64,000 nt of DNA from contig OZ024743.1 of NCBI GenBank assembly GCA_964016885.1, positions 136,214,001 through 136,278,000 of the forward strand. The letters run 5' to 3'. This stretch comes from Eledone cirrhosa (taxonomy: Eukaryota). Below are positions 62,841 to 64,000 of the stretch, in pieces; position 1 is the stretch's first letter, and every line of letters starts with the position of its first letter. A program made the translations under genes and the position numbers. The notes beneath the pieces were generated by a model. It was given only the letters and a program-made list of their open reading frames with translations, was not told where the DNA came from and searched no databases.

Positions 62841-64000
62841 TGTTTGGTGCTTGGTGCTTGGTGCTTGGTGTTTGGTGCTTGGTGCTTGGTGTTTGGTGCT
62901 TGGTGTTTGGTGTTTGGTGCTTGGTGTTTGGTACTTGGTGCTTGGTGCTTGGTTTTAAGTGTTTAGTGCTTGGTGCTTGGTGTTTGGTGCTTCGTGCTTG
63001 GTGCTTGGTGTTTGGTGCATGGTGCTTGCTGTTTGGGGCTTGGTGTCTGGTGCTTTGTGTTTGGTGCTAGGAGCTTGGTGCTTGGTCTTTGGTGCTTGGT
63101 GCTTGGTGCTTGGTGCTTGGTGTTTGGTGCTTGGTGCTTGGTGCTTGGTTATTAGTGTTTGGTGCTTGGTGCTTGGGGTTTGGTGTTTGGTGCTTGGTGC
63201 TTGGTGTTTGGTGTTTGCTGTATGGTGTTTGCTGTTTGGTGTTTGGTGTTTGCTGTTTGGTGTTTAATGCTTGGTGCTTGGTGCTTGGTGTTTGGTGGTT
63301 GGTGCTTGGTGCTTGGTGTTTGGCGTTTGCTCTTTGCTGTTTGGTGTTTGGTGCTTGCTGTTTGGTGGTTGGTGTTTGGTGTTTGGTGTTTGGTGCTTGC
63401 TGTTTGGTGCTTGGTGCTTGGTGTTTGTTGTTTGGTGTTTGGTGCTTGGTGCTTGGTGTTTGGTGGTTGGTGCTTGGTGCTGGGTGTTTGGTGCTTGTTG
63501 CTTGGTGCTTGGTGCTTGGTGCTTGGTGCTTGGTGCTTGGTCTTTGGTACTTGGTGTTTGGTGTTTGGTGCTTGGTGCTTGGTGTTTGGTGCTTGGGGCT
63601 TGGTGTTTGGTGCTTGGTGATTGCTGCTTGGTGTTTGGTGTTTGGTGCTTGGTGCTTGGTGCTTGGTGATTAGTGTTTGGTGCTTGGTGCTTGGTGCCTT
63701 GTGCTTGGTGCTTGGTGCTTGTTGTTTGGTGCTTGGTGCTTGGTGATTAGTGTTTGGTGCTTGGTGCTTGGTGCCTGGTGCTTGGTGCTTGTTGTTTGGT
63801 GCTTGGTGCTTGGTGATTAGTGTTTGGTGCCTGGTGCTTGGTGCTTGCTGTTTGGTGGTTGTTGTTTGGTGCTTGGTGTTTGGTGCTTGGTGCTTGGTGC
63901 TGGGTGGTTGGTGTTTGGTGCTTGGTGCTTGGTGTTTGGTGCTTGGTGCTTGGTGCTTGTTGTTTGGTGCTTGGTGCTTGGTCTTTGGTGCTTGGTGCTT

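Larger units (their letters stand above)
1..64000 (+). repeat. Heptamer tandem satellite array (TTGGTGY)n, ~9,100 monomers, single orientation, running off both window ends
   Basis: Every line parses as TTGGTGC or TTGGTGT with scattered single-base variants (TTGATGC, TTGTTGC, TTGCTGT, TAGGTGC, CTGGTGC, TTGGGGC, TTAGTGC, TTGGTAC). The + strand is almost entirely T and G, and A occurs only in variants. No RCACCAA runs are seen on the + strand. Confidence 0.99.

Noticed and set aside
5-63673. Hundreds of + strand ORFs encoding hydrophobic LVLGAWC/LVFGVWC repeats that resemble membrane proteins
   Set aside because: They overlap in all three frames with the same peptide, mostly start at TTG/GTG within the repeat, have no unique domain, and end wherever a variant creates TGA, TAG or TAA. 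There is no codon-position bias.
1-64000. CRISPR array or other repeat-spacer system
   Set aside because: There are no unique spacers. The segments between landmarks are the same heptamer and are themselves duplicated, and there are no cas genes or leader.
1-64000. Canonical telomerase-made tract
   Set aside because: The motif is not TTAGGG, TTAGG, TTTAGGG, TTGGGG or TG1-3, and the exact kb-scale copying of variants is not what telomerase produces. Only the non-canonical, recombination-based version is kept as a hypothesis.
1-64000. Sequencing or basecaller artefact, or simulated low-complexity sequence
   Set aside because: Rare variants recur in conserved order at exact offsets with nested shared-derived changes, which random error would not generate. 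Assembly over-duplication of the most identical blocks (1812 and 5315 bp) still cannot be excluded without reads.
1-64000. Transposon insertions, inverted repeats, hairpins, terminators, tRNA or rRNA
   Set aside because: No non-satellite island or strand switch was seen. With almost no A and little C on the + strand, extended Watson-Crick self-complementarity is not possible. The T runs (e.g. ~55811) are point variants without a preceding stem.

Overview
The whole 64 kb window is one uninterrupted, single-orientation tandem array of a 7-bp monomer, consensus TTGGTGY (TTGGTGC / TTGGTGT; reverse complement GCACCAA / ACACCAA), about 9,100 monomers (64,000/7). I found no unique sequence, inversion, gene, RNA gene, transposon or CRISPR array. 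The listed ORFs are artefacts: 7 is coprime with 3 and the consensus has no stop codon on either strand, so every frame reads out the same heptapeptide (LVLGAWC on +, KHQAPST on -). The information in the window is higher-order. (i) The C/T choice at monomer position 7 plus rare single-base variants is copied faithfully in kb-scale blocks. (ii) An ordered cassette of landmark variants recurs more than 40 times, at about 615-650 bp spacing where copies are adjacent. (iii) Nested tandem duplications of about 7.2, 6.62, 4.14, 5.315, 1.812, 1.595, 4.6 and 2.404 kb are visible. The lengths I checked are exact multiples of 7 after correcting for the few 6- and 8-bp monomers they contain. (iv) Two sub-families with different diagnostic variants meet at about 13.2-13.8 kb. 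This most resembles a eukaryotic simple-sequence satellite (centromeric, pericentromeric or telomere-associated) that has evolved higher-order structure. The organism and chromosomal position cannot be determined from the sequence. Block boundaries were read by eye and from the ORF-track offsets, and are approximate to a few monomers.
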